A DNA stretch of 64,000 nucleotides from Eubacteriales bacterium (GTDB lineage Bacteria > Bacillota > Clostridia > Oscillospirales > CAG-272). The stretch lies in contig JAZMZI010000011.1 of assembly GCA_045585895.1 (NCBI GenBank), forward strand, positions 8,468 to 72,467, read 5' to 3'. This document shows positions 18,740 to 29,000 of this stretch, piece by piece. The position numbers and the translations under genes were made by a program. Each line of letters begins with the position of its first letter. Position 1 is the stretch's first letter. The notes below the pieces were generated by a model. The model was not told the origin of the DNA, ran no database searches, and worked only from the letters and a program-made list of their open reading frames with translations.

Positions 18740-19810
18740 TTAAATAAAAGGTCTTCTGTCCAGCACAAGCTTAAGAGGCTTGTCGGACACTATCTGACCG
18801 CGGAAGGTCTGCTGAAGCTCCGCGAGACAGCAGGACGCGCCAAAGAGGCAGTGAAGGTCGTTAAATCTATCGTTGAAGAAGCCGTTTTGAACGAAATAAT
18901 CCTCCTTGGTGAGGTTTGCAACGTATTTCTTTGCAAAATCCCAAAGCTGAGCCATAGCCTCGTCGTGACGGTGGGGGGTCTGGCGGAGCGCTCTCGTCAT
19001 GCAGAATACCCAGTCGATTTCAAGAAAATCACAGTACGTACCGAAAGTATCGGGCAATCCCTTGTTATAGAGATCGATACAACTGTCGACTACCTTTTCG
19101 GGGTACATCAAAGGCTGCTTTGCGTATTCGTGGTTAAAGAGGTAATGGAAGCCGCCCGCCATATACTGGAAAAGCACCGCCTGCTCTCCTATGCACATAG
19201 CGTGACCGTTCAGAGGAGCCTTATCGGCAACTCCCTTCTTCCAGAATCCCGTTACGGGGTCTGCGTTCTCTCTGAACCAAGCAAAGTAGTTCTCGGAGAA
19301 CTCGGGGGTTATCTCGTCGGAGTTGACAAGCGCCGCATAAACGCCCGCGCCGAGGTGAGACTGACTCCAAGGCTTCTTCTGCCAATCGATGCCGTTTTCA
19401 AGAAGGTCGTAAAGCTCCTCACGGCTGTTGAGATATTTATGAAATTCCTTTATGGGGTAAAGGGGCTTGACGTCGAAAAGCTCTAATGCCGCGGAGCAGT
19501 GAGCCGTGGTGTGATATGCGTGATGGGTCTTTTCGTGGAAAAGTCCCGTTTCGGGGTCCTGCATAGCTTGCAGAGCCGCGATCCTTGCGCGTCGGGTCTC
19601 CTCGTCACAGTAAAAATCGTTGATGGTATAAAGCAGATTCATCGCGTCGGCGCAGCCGTACTCGCTGACTCCCATTTCACGGGTCCCCTTTTCGTTCTGC
19701 CAGAGCCAGCGGCGGTATTCGCCGGGTCTGCCCTCTATCTCGTGGCGCTTGACCGCCTCTCTTATTCCTTCGATTATCGGCTGTATGTTCAACTGTTCCA
19801 TAAATTTCAC
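18740..19810 (-). CDS. Hypothetical protein (356 aa), function unknown
   Basis: Long ORF with coding-like composition, Trp/His/Tyr-rich. No diagnostic motif recognised. Confidence 0.7.
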   Translation of the reverse strand: MKFMEQLNIQPIIEGIREAVKRHEIEGRPGEYRRWLWQNEKGTREMGVSEYGCADAMNLLYTINDFYCDEETRRARIAALQAMQDPETGLFHEKTHHAYHTTAHCSAALELFDVKPLYPIKEFHKYLNSREELYDLLENGIDWQKKPWSQSHLGAGVYAALVNSDEITPEFSENYFAWFRENADPVTGFWKKGVADKAPLNGHAMCIGEQAVLFQYMAGGFHYLFNHEYAKQPLMYPEKVVDSCIDLYNKGLPDTFGTYCDFLEIDWVFCMTRALRQTPHRHDEAMAQLWDFAKKYVANLTKEDYFVQNGFFNDRFNDLHCLFGASCCLAELQQTFRGQIVSDKPLKLVLDRRPFI

Positions 19811-19972
19811 CGTCCTATTTGATTCGGAATACCTTCCGTGCCTTTATTTTAGCAAATAACTCCATTCCCGTCAAGGGATTTTCGGAAATTGTATTGAAAT
19901 TTATACTTTTTCATTGTATAATTGTTACAATATTATTTTGAAATATTTATGCATCTTTTCGTTCAAAAAGGC

Positions 19973-20001
19973 TTGACAATCATATGACCGTGTGATATAA
20001 T
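19973..20001 (+). promoter_or_regulatory. Consensus sigma-70 promoter with extended -10 (TTGACA-N17-TGATATAAT)
   Basis: TTGACA at 19973-19978, 17-nt spacer ending in TGA, TATAAT at 19996-20001, 31 nt upstream of the 20033 start. Confidence 0.6.
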
Positions 20002-20032
20002 TGTATTAACAATATCGTAAGGGGGATCGATA

Positions 20033-21358
20033 ATGAATATCACTGATCCGAGGCTAAAAAAAGCATTACCGTATATCAGAAATATCTACACCTCGCTTTT
20101 TGCATCCCTTTCCGCGCTTCTCTTTTCCTCTATCGTTTTCAACGGATATTACAACACCTATCTGTCTTTCGAGGCAGATCTGACCTACCCCGCAAAATCC
20201 CTTCTGCTGACGCTTTTGCCATTTGTCACGATATTGATCGTCTACGTAGTTTACGACTATTTCGACAACGTAGACCTTTTCAACAAAAAGGACTATTTTG
20301 AGGAAAAATCCAAAAAGCCTTTGATCTCAAGAACGCCGTATATCGTAAGCTTTGCTATTTCGATGTTGTTTTCGACGCTTTTGCTGACATCAAGCTTTCA
20401 CGTCGCGCTCGGCTTCTATTTTCCCATGATCAATATTGCCGTGGCAAGATTTTTGGCGGTAGCGGTTATGGCGGCACTGAGGCTGTTCCAGATATGGTCG
20501 CTTCAGGATAAATGGCAGACCGAGATTGAAAATCCCCTTTTCGTAGAAAAGGCTATGTTCAAGCGAAACCGAGACATGTACCTTTTCAAGCCGCATCAGT
20601 TAATACTCCAACCAATCGGATATTTCTTCGCGTTTTTGGCATTGAGCTTGTTGACCGGCAGTATGATCATCCCCGGCATAATTTTGCCGGTATTGGTTAC
20701 CGCCGTCAACTTTGCACTCACCCCCGATATGTGGTGGACGGTATTCAGCGTACCTGTAATTATCGTCGCGATCGTAATAGCTATCCGCCTGATACACAAC
20801 GTAAAAAGACGCCGTATCCTTTTGAAAAAGCTGAAGCAGATGCAAAAAGAGGGACTTGCGAGAGTTGAAATAAAGGGCTCGAAATATCTCAGCTCCACAT
20901 TCATCACCCTGCCCTTGACCGTCAAGATAACCGACCGCGAGGGCGAAGTCTATAATTGCATCGTCGCCACCTGCGGCGAGATAAACGCCCCGATGTTCTT
21001 CAAAGAGGACGAATACTACGTTGAGCACGGTTTCCATTTGCGCGGCGGCGCGCTTATGTCAAGAGGCGGAACCTTTGCACAGGCAGTTGATATCAGCCAA
21101 ATGGGCGGCAAGGAAAACCCAACCAATCTCATTTTCGGATTCCGAACTTCTCACAAGCTGAAGTTCCCCGAGATCGAAGGACACAAGGTGGTAATTCTCA
21201 ATCCTACCCCCACCACGGCATATGCCGTTGACTTCCACTCGTATCGCTCTATCGACACGGGCGAGAATATGGGAAAATACACTCTCTACACGGCTACGGG
21301 TATTTTCAATCACGTTGAAAGACAGAGCCGTAAGACATTCCGCGACTACGATTATTGA
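20033..21358 (+). CDS. Polytopic membrane protein with a ~170-aa C-terminal soluble domain, function unknown
   Basis: 441 aa. RBS AAGGGGG. Several hydrophobic helices up to about residue 255, then KRRRILLKKLKQMQKEG and a non-hydrophobic domain. Confidence 0.75.
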   Translation: MNITDPRLKKALPYIRNIYTSLFASLSALLFSSIVFNGYYNTYLSFEADLTYPAKSLLLTLLPFVTILIVYVVYDYFDNVDLFNKKDYFEEKSKKPLISRTPYIVSFAISMLFSTLLLTSSFHVALGFYFPMINIAVARFLAVAVMAALRLFQIWSLQDKWQTEIENPLFVEKAMFKRNRDMYLFKPHQLILQPIGYFFAFLALSLLTGSMIIPGIILPVLVTAVNFALTPDMWWTVFSVPVIIVAIVIAIRLIHNVKRRRILLKKLKQMQKEGLARVEIKGSKYLSSTFITLPLTVKITDREGEVYNCIVATCGEINAPMFFKEDEYYVEHGFHLRGGALMSRGGTFAQAVDISQMGGKENPTNLIFGFRTSHKLKFPEIEGHKVVILNPTPTTAYAVDFHSYRSIDTGENMGKYTLYTATGIFNHVERQSRKTFRDYDY

Positions 21359-21485
21359 GTTTTATCTACTTGTTTTGCCCCGCTTTGGCGCAATGTCATT
21401 AAGATAAAATAATGACACAAAGAAAGATGCACTTAACAACGCAGAGAAAGCGAAGTGAAGTGCATTTTTCTTGTAAAAAGGCACG

Positions 21486-21512
21486 GTGAAAAGACAGACG
21501 AAAAAGTCTGTC
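21486..21512 (-). terminator. Terminator downstream of the transposase gene, inside the IS
   Basis: GACAGAC (21493-21499) / GTCTGTC (21506-21512), followed on the minus strand by TTTTCACC. Confidence 0.5.
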
Positions 21513-21539
21513 AAAAAAAGTATTGCAAAAAGGAAGAAT

Positions 21540-22856
21540 TTATGGTATTCTGTATAAGAAGCTTGTTGTGGTTTTAGGAGAACCTCTTCGAGGGTTGGCG
21601 GACCCTTTACGAACAGGTAATAAATGCTGTAACAACAACGCTTCAATATTTTGCGGAGAAATATTTTTTAAGAAGAAATTGCGACAAACATGTACGGCGG
21701 CAGCGAAGTTGATTCTGTAAGAATGCTTTCTGTTTTTGTGCTTAACGACTACGTGTGAGGTAATCAGTTCAGTGAAGTTGTACATAGTAAGTCTTGCAAA
21801 GACCTCTTGGAGAATATTCTCCGTTTTTTTAGAGTGAAAATAAGACAAGGCAAGCGAATACTTCAAGTCTCTGAAAGAGGTCTCGATTCCCCAACGCATA
21901 GCATAAAGCTCTTTTAATTCGGAAACAGAAAACTCATCCTCGGTTAAATTGGTAATAAGAACCTCGTAAGTATCTTCGGAAAGCTTAAAGCGAACGACGC
22001 GAAACGAAAGATAATACGGTATTATTGGCACAGTCTTTCTTGTGGTTGACGGTAGAAAATCGAAGTAAACGGAGTGGGATAAATATTTCAAATTGCTTTT
22101 TTTAGCTTCATTTGTTTGCTTTCGTGTTAAACCCAAAGATATAAAAACATCGAATTCTTGGTCATTGGGCAGGTCTAACCCGGACAGAATACCATATCCA
22201 TTACGATCTTTAAATCTAAACAAAAATTTTTGTCCCTTTTCAATGATGTGAGCGAGATTGTTGTAAGATTCATATCCTCTGTCGGCAATATAAATTGTTG
22301 GAACGGTCGATTTATCTCTATCCAACATCTCAACAAAAGCTTTGTGTTCATTTCCGCATCTGCTTTCTTGCACAACAGCATCGATATATATTTTTCTTTG
22401 TAAATCAAAAAGAGCGTTCAGATGGAAGAGATTGTACGGCTTCTGACCGTTCGCACCTTTGTAATAAGATCCCGGCTCATCTTTGTTTGTTGGCGTATGA
22501 AGATCTGATCCGTCAACAGCAAGTAAACGATAGCCTTTAAATAAAGCTTGTTCGTCAACAGAATTGGTAAATGTATGAAACAGAGCCTGAAAAGCACTGT
22601 AATCAAGTTTGTTTCTCTGCTGAACGAATGCGGACACGGTGGGCATAGAGTTGCTTAAATTAAAATACTCCATAAGCTCCCCACGAAGAGATTTTCCCGT
22701 CATTGATAAAACTGATTTTAAGATTTGATCGAAGGGGAGCTTTCTTTCTCTTGTGAAATCCTTGCCCGGTTTTTTCGCAAACAGCTCGGGGTGTGCCGAT
22801 ATTTCGTTGATACATTTTTTCAATATTCTTTTGATGATCTTAGGTGTGTAATTCAT
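21540..22856 (-). CDS. IS4-family DDE transposase
   Basis: MNYTPKIIKRILKK.... DDE-region motifs LLAVDGSDL and YIADRGYESY. IS4 signature Y(2)R(3)E(6)K in YAMRWGIETSFRDLK. The ATG at 22856 is preceded by AAGGAGA. Confidence 0.9.
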   Translation of the reverse strand: MNYTPKIIKRILKKCINEISAHPELFAKKPGKDFTRERKLPFDQILKSVLSMTGKSLRGELMEYFNLSNSMPTVSAFVQQRNKLDYSAFQALFHTFTNSVDEQALFKGYRLLAVDGSDLHTPTNKDEPGSYYKGANGQKPYNLFHLNALFDLQRKIYIDAVVQESRCGNEHKAFVEMLDRDKSTVPTIYIADRGYESYNNLAHIIEKGQKFLFRFKDRNGYGILSGLDLPNDQEFDVFISLGLTRKQTNEAKKSNLKYLSHSVYFDFLPSTTRKTVPIIPYYLSFRVVRFKLSEDTYEVLITNLTEDEFSVSELKELYAMRWGIETSFRDLKYSLALSYFHSKKTENILQEVFARLTMYNFTELITSHVVVKHKNRKHSYRINFAAAVHVCRNFFLKNISPQNIEALLLQHLLPVRKGSANPRRGSPKTTTSFLYRIP

Positions 22857-23078
22857 TGTGTTCTCCTTGTCAATAGTGGATTTGCCTCTATTAACAAGGG
22901 TCGATTTTATTAGCGAGCTAATAAAATCGACCGCACACTTTTGCCTTTTTGTCAACCCCTTTTTCGAAATTTCTTTAACTTTTTTGCAAAAAAAAGAGCC
23001 AAGTCCATTTCTGAACTTGGTTCTTTTCTTAACTTAATGACATTGGCCGAAGCGGGGGGCTTTTTCATATAGTTTAAA

Positions 23079-26000
23079 TTACTGTACGGGAGTGATAGTT
23101 ACGTCGTCAAGATGATAAAGAACGATTACCTTGTCGGTCGAACCGTCGAGAACCGCACAAACGTAGATGTCAAGAGGCTCCGTGGAATCCTTATATGCGG
23201 AAAGGTCGATTATGAGACCGTCACCCTGCCAACCGCCGTTCTTTTTCGTTGTGGCGTCATTGGTGAGGGGAACGTTACTCTTATTTGAGCCGCTGGTGAT
23301 CATTGCGTCGCTTGCTTCGTACCAGTGACCCTGACAATCGTTCCAGGTCTGTCCGCCGTCAGCGGTCCAGACGTATTTGCTGACTCCTCCTTCAACTACA
23401 GACCAACCCTTAAGTCTTACCGCGTAGTCGTAGGTGGTGCCTTTGTTGGTGAACTGATAGGTTGTAACAGACGTGTATGAAGGCATAGTCATAGCAGAGC
23501 CGTTAGCTTTGATGTTAGCTGCTTCGTTTACAGAGTCGACCTGAGAGCCGAAATCAATAAGTATTTCTTCGTATTCGGAGTTTTCATCCAAGATCGAAAC
23601 GAAATCGCAGTTAACTTCCTCAAGAACGTAGAGAAGGATAAGCTTGTCGGTAGCTGCCTTGGGGACTGCCGCGACCGTAATATCGATGGATCCACTCTGA
23701 GCGGAGAGGTCTATAGTGAGACCCTTGCCCGAGCTTCCAGCCTGGAAGCTTCCGTTGGTGCGGGAATTTACCTGATCGGCGAAGGTCACGCCCGATCTGC
23801 TTTGCGCTGCGTTATAAACTGCGTCGCCTGCGGAATCTGCAGTGCCGATAAGTTGTGTCCAGGTCTTGCCTCCGTCGATGGAGTAAACGTATTTTTCAAC
23901 GCCGCCGTCAGCGCAGCACCAACCCTGAAGCAACAGGGTTCCGACTCTTGACACGGTGCAACCGTTAATTACGGTGACGCCGTTCTCACTGGAGTTGTTT
24001 CCCTTATTGATGTAAACTCCGTTAATGTAGTCAATGGCGGAAGCGAAGGGAACGTCGGTTGCCACCGTGTATCCCGACGAGGGATCGAGGTAGGGATTTT
24101 GGGCAGTAGCGGTGTTGACGTCGATCTTTGTTTGCTTGCTGCCTTCGAAGAGGGTAAGAGTATCAACGCCGCCCTTTTCCATCTCACAGATGTCCTCGAT
24201 GCTTGCGTAAATACCTGCGTAAGCGATATTGATGTGGGTATCTTCGTTGGTAAATTCCTTGTTGAATATATCGAAACGGAGGAATTTAGCCGAATACGTG
24301 CCGTCGGAGCCGGAGGTGAACTTAAGCGTGCTGATCTTAGAGAGATCAATAACTTCAACGTGCCATTCGCCGTCTTCAACCAACGAGTGATTGAAGCATT
24401 CGGAACCTACTACGGTAGTGCCCGCGGTACTGGTAAAGAACTGGAAATTGCCAACGGATTCTTTGTTGTCCGAGGGAACTCTGTACTTGATCACGAGATA
24501 CTTGCCCGTCTCGGCAGAGCTGAGGCTGGTAAAGAGTGTAACGTAAGCCTCGGGAATAGGCTTTTCGGTCGTACCGACCTTACCGTAAATGTCAACGTAA
24601 TCAACACCGTTTTCGTTCTTTACCTCGGAGGAACCGAAGAAGGAGAGACCGTTAACCTTTTCTGCGATATCGTTGTGATCGAAGGCAGTGTCGACGGGCG
24701 CGGGCTTTTCGGAGCAATTGATCTCTTCCATGCAGAAGAGAAGAACGAGAGAGGTGGGTTCTTTTACGGGAACTGCCGCAAAGATCACGTCTACCTTTCC
24801 TTCAACACCGTTAAGGTCGATCGTAAGACCGTTATCGTTTTGGAAACGACCGTTTGTTCTGGAAGCCTCGCGGTCGGAGAATTGAAAGCCCGAAGGACCT
24901 GCTTTGCCCTCAGCCGTTGTGAGGATAGCGTCATTGTTGGCTGTGGTTACGTCTATGGGAGTACCTGCGCAGTCCTTCCAGGTCTTTCCTCCGTCGATAG
25001 AGTAAACGTATTTCTGGATACCGCCTTCAACGCAGCACCAACCCTGAACGAACAGAGTCTTGGTTTCGGGAAGCTTTATGCCGTTTATGGTGGTTACACC
25101 GCCGCCCTTGGAGCCTGCGGAGGATGCGCCGGGCTTAACTCCGTTTATATAGTCAAGGACAGAGCCGTAGGCGAGAGTGGACTGAGTATATCCCGATTCG
25201 GGATCAAGATAGGTCTTTATTATGACCTCTGCGGTTTCAACGTTGAGCTTGTTGGTCTGTCCTCCCTCAACGAAGTCAATGGTTTCAAACTTGCCCTCTT
25301 CAAGCTTGCATATCTCTCTGAGATCGGAATCAATACCGATATACGCGAAATCGATATGAACGTCGGGGTCGTTGAAACTCTTGTTGAAAATATCGAATCT
25401 TAATAATCTGGTCGTATAATTACCCGAGCCGTCTGCGATATAGCTGTTAAGACCTGCCTTTGAAAGATCAAAGACGACGACGTGCCATTCACCGTCCATT
25501 ACGGGAGTGTAGCTGAAGTTGCCTGCCTCGGTTGCGTTGTTAGTCGTGGTACTGGTAAAGAACTGGAATCCGCTGACAGGCTCACTGTTGGTATTGGGAA
25601 CTCTGTACTTGACTACGAGATACTGTCCCATATTATCCTTGGCTTCGCTGTCGTAAAGAGTGCAGTAGCTTTCTCCGATATCCTTATTGGAGCTGACGTA
25701 AACGCTGGCGTAGAAGGTTCCGGGAGCATCCTCAAATTCATGCATCTCTACCTTTGAGAAGAAGTGACCCATCGCGGATATGGTCGACTGAAGCTCTTCG
25801 GGGTCGGTATAGATGTTGAGAAGGTTTTCGTTTTCGGGTGCGGTGGGATCGGAAGGCCAGCCCGCAAAATCCTCGTAAGCCGAAACGCGGAAGGTCTTGG
25901 ACTCGGCGTTGGTCATATCCGTAACGAAGGAATAAGAGTAGGTTCCGTCCTCGTCATAATTGACCATATATCCGTCGTAGTAGTGGTACAAGCCGTGTAC

Positions 26001-29000
26001 GGGGTTATTCTTGGAGCTGATAACGTATTCAACCCAGTTACCGTTTTCGTCAAGTATCTCGACCTTGGGGTTGGTAAGCTTTTCGAAGCCGTAAACTCTT
26101 ATCGTAACGTTATTGATTCCGCCCGAGATCGTGAAGGTAGCGGTCTTGCCGTCTTTGCTCTTGATCTTGGGGAGGAAGGGACTGTCAAGCACTTCGTCGG
26201 TAGTGCTGGTGGCGGTAAGAGGATTGAGAAGAGTGTTTTCTCTTACGTCACGAACGTTTTTGTCCATATAGAGCGTTCCGTCGGGAAGAACGGTGCTGTA
26301 GGTATATTCGGTGTAACCGGTTGAATGAGGAGCGTTCAGTCTGTTGGCGGGATCGTCCTCGTATTCCTGAGAGCCCCAAGGAAGGAGGATGGCGTTAATA
26401 GTTATCTTATCGCCTGCTTTGAATTCGATCGTGCCTGCCTCATTAAGAGTAAGGGAAACGTAATCCTTGGGATTCTTGATGAGGAAGTTGTAATCCTTGT
26501 CTACACCGCCTATTTTGAAGCTTGAGTTGTAGATAAGGAAGGCAACGTTTGAGTATCCTTCGGCGCTGCCGTTGTCTCTGTACCAGTCGGGCATCATAAA
26601 GAAGGAGAAGTAGGGGCAATCGTCGCCGAGAATCTTCTCGGGAACTGCGGTCTCGTCCTGATTGGAGTCGATCACCTGATATTCGTTGTTTTCGTCGAGA
26701 TAACCTATCTTCTTATAAGTACCCTCGGGATTGTTGTCGGTTACTTCGTAGAATACAAAATTATCCTTGAAGTTATTGATGGTAAGGTCCTCAAGAAACT
26801 CGTACTCCATAGTGTAGTAGGTTCTGTTTTCGTCGGTCTGGGGCATCTCCATATGAGTGTAAGTGATCTTTATCTTACCGTCGTCGGAGAGATTGTGCCA
26901 TACTACCTCTGCGTAAGTGGGACCGTAAGAGGTAATGATATTTTCCTTACATTCGGACATATAAGTATTGCCGTCTGCGTCGGTGTACTTGAGCCAGGTG
27001 TGCGCGCCGCTGCTGTTATGCTGAGGCTGAGACTTCCAGTAGGGAGCCGACATACTTCTGAAGTCGGGGAGAGTGGAGCTGTTGGTCTTGCCAACGTTTA
27101 CCATTCCCAACCAAGGAAGAATACAGTTGGTCTCGGTAACACCCGTGGAGAGGTGGTAGTAAGGACAGTGGAAGGGAATCTGAGAGAGCTGCTTCAAGGG
27201 GAAGTTACCCCAGTTTTGATAAAGATTTATGAGCGTGTAGGTGTATCTTACGTTCTGCGACAATGAGAGGCAGAAGATAGCCTCGGAGAAGGTGGGGTCG
27301 TCTATATTGTAAAGGTTCCTTTCGCCCGTTGCCTCGGAGAAGTTTTTGATTACCTCTATCGGAACGGGAAGAAGCATCATATCCTTATCCATAAGGGTCG
27401 CACATTCAAGAAGTCCGCTTGAGCCCGAGGTCATAATATAGATGTCTCTGTCTATATCGGAGCGGATCTGGAAGTTGACCTTATAGTTTTTCTGAGGATT
27501 GTTGTAGGGAGCGTAGAAGCCTCCGATAGGAGTTGCTATCTTGAGGATATAAATACCTCTGATAGGATCGTATCGGTCGAAGGATGCACCGTCGGAGTTG
27601 AATTCCGAAATGCTGACTCTCTGAGAAATAAGGGGATGGCGCTCAAATCCCGTTTCCTTAAGGAATTCGGCAAAATCGTGATTTTCATCGGTGTAGACTC
27701 TTTGAGCGAGATAGAAATCGTTGCCGTTGTTTTTAACACCGTCAGCATGTATGTAGTTATCGTTTTCGTCCTTCTTTTCGGTATTTATCGAGGGAATGAT
27801 AACGCCCTCGGTACCATCTGCAAGTACGGGAGTTCTCGTTTGCTCGATAACGTACATGCCGTCCTTCTCGGTTACCTTGATGTTACCCGCGGCGGGATCG
27901 TCGGGAAGAATAAATCCGAAAATACCAGCCTCGGTTACGTCAAAGCCGACTGCTACGACGTCGTCCCAGGAGAAGCCTGCGTCGAGAGAGGTGTAGGTCT
28001 TATCGTCCTTGGTAACGATCATAAGCTTGGAGACCGTAGAAGTAGCTATCTCGGTGAGCATACCCACTTCTTTGATATCCTCAGTTCTCTGTGTTACCGC
28101 AAACTGGATAGCGTGGTGCATCTTGTTGGAGTAAACGTGGAAGTGACGGTTGATGCTGAGGGAAGCGGGGTAATCCATAGCCTTTCCGAGAGTGATGCTC
28201 TGGATGACCAGACCGTCGCCGACTTCGCCGTTGGGGTCGAAGCGGATTCCCTTAAGCGTAGTTGCGTCGGTATATCCGGGAAGCTTGTCAAGAGAGATGT
28301 AATACGCGTGGAATTCTCCGTCATTTACAAAGTAAATGTTCGTTGACTGCGTTGGGTCAAAGTCGTTTCCCGTATCGACCCAGAACTGCGCTCCCGTGGT
28401 CGAGCCTACGGTCTTGGCTACGATAACGATAGCATTGTTATCGGCAGTAGCGTAGCTGAAATTATTCTTGAATGAAAAATACGGGTCGGCACTCTTGCCT
28501 TCCTCGGGCTCAAGGATCTCGTAAAAGTAGGTGATAATGCCGTTTTCATCCTTTATTATGTCACCGTTTGCATCCCTTACGTAGTTAGGTTGTATTTGCT
28601 GCTTGTACGAGGAAGTAAACTGGGTTCTGAGATTAATGTGATTGGGATCTCCGAGGTTATACTCTTTTGCGGCAAAGTTCTGGAATTCGAACAAGCCCTG
28701 ATAGTAGTAATAACCGAATCGGTAGAGGTTAGCCTCTGCGCTCTTGGTGGAGCCCGAAGCGTAGTAGGTGTTTCCGCTGTTCATACGAACGAAAACGTCC
28801 ATAGTGTTCTGGATGTAAGGAACACCCTGAGTGTTCTTGATGGACTCTACGAGCTGGGGCGCTTTGTAGGAGCGCGCGTAGTTCATAGTCATCTCGAGGT
28901 TCTGAATGCTGTAGTGAGTACGGCTTGCGTCGGTAAAGTACGCCTGTACTCCGTTGGCAAGGGAATTGGACATCTGAACGAGAGTGTCGTTCTGAACCTC

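Larger units (their letters stand above)
21377..23060 (-). mobile_element. IS4-family insertion sequence (~1.68 kb) with imperfect terminal inverted repeats
   Basis: IR at 21377-21403 (GCCCCGCTTTGGCGCAATGTCATTAAG). Reverse complement of 23033-23060 is GCCCCCCGCTTCGGCCAATGTCATTAAG. They share a 13-bp perfect core CAATGTCATTAAG. One DDE transposase gene. Visibly more AT-rich than its flanks. Confidence 0.8.

Noticed and set aside
21362-21646. 94-aa minus-strand ORF at the IS left end
   Set aside because: It overlaps the transposase 3' end, an internal terminator and the terminal inverted repeat. The product is a Phe/Leu-rich low-complexity sequence with no RBS.
24099-25403. 434-aa plus ORF and several 60-240-aa plus ORFs inside 23079-29345
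   Set aside because: All are antisense to the 2088-aa lipoprotein gene, whose frame is continuous and has signal peptide, lipobox and repeated-module logic.
23079-25700. Diversity-generating retroelement (template/variable repeat) explanation for the internal repeats of the giant gene
   Set aside because: No reverse transcriptase gene is in the window. The repeat copies differ at all base types, not adenine-specifically, and over ~1.1 kb. This is an ordinary diverged tandem duplication.
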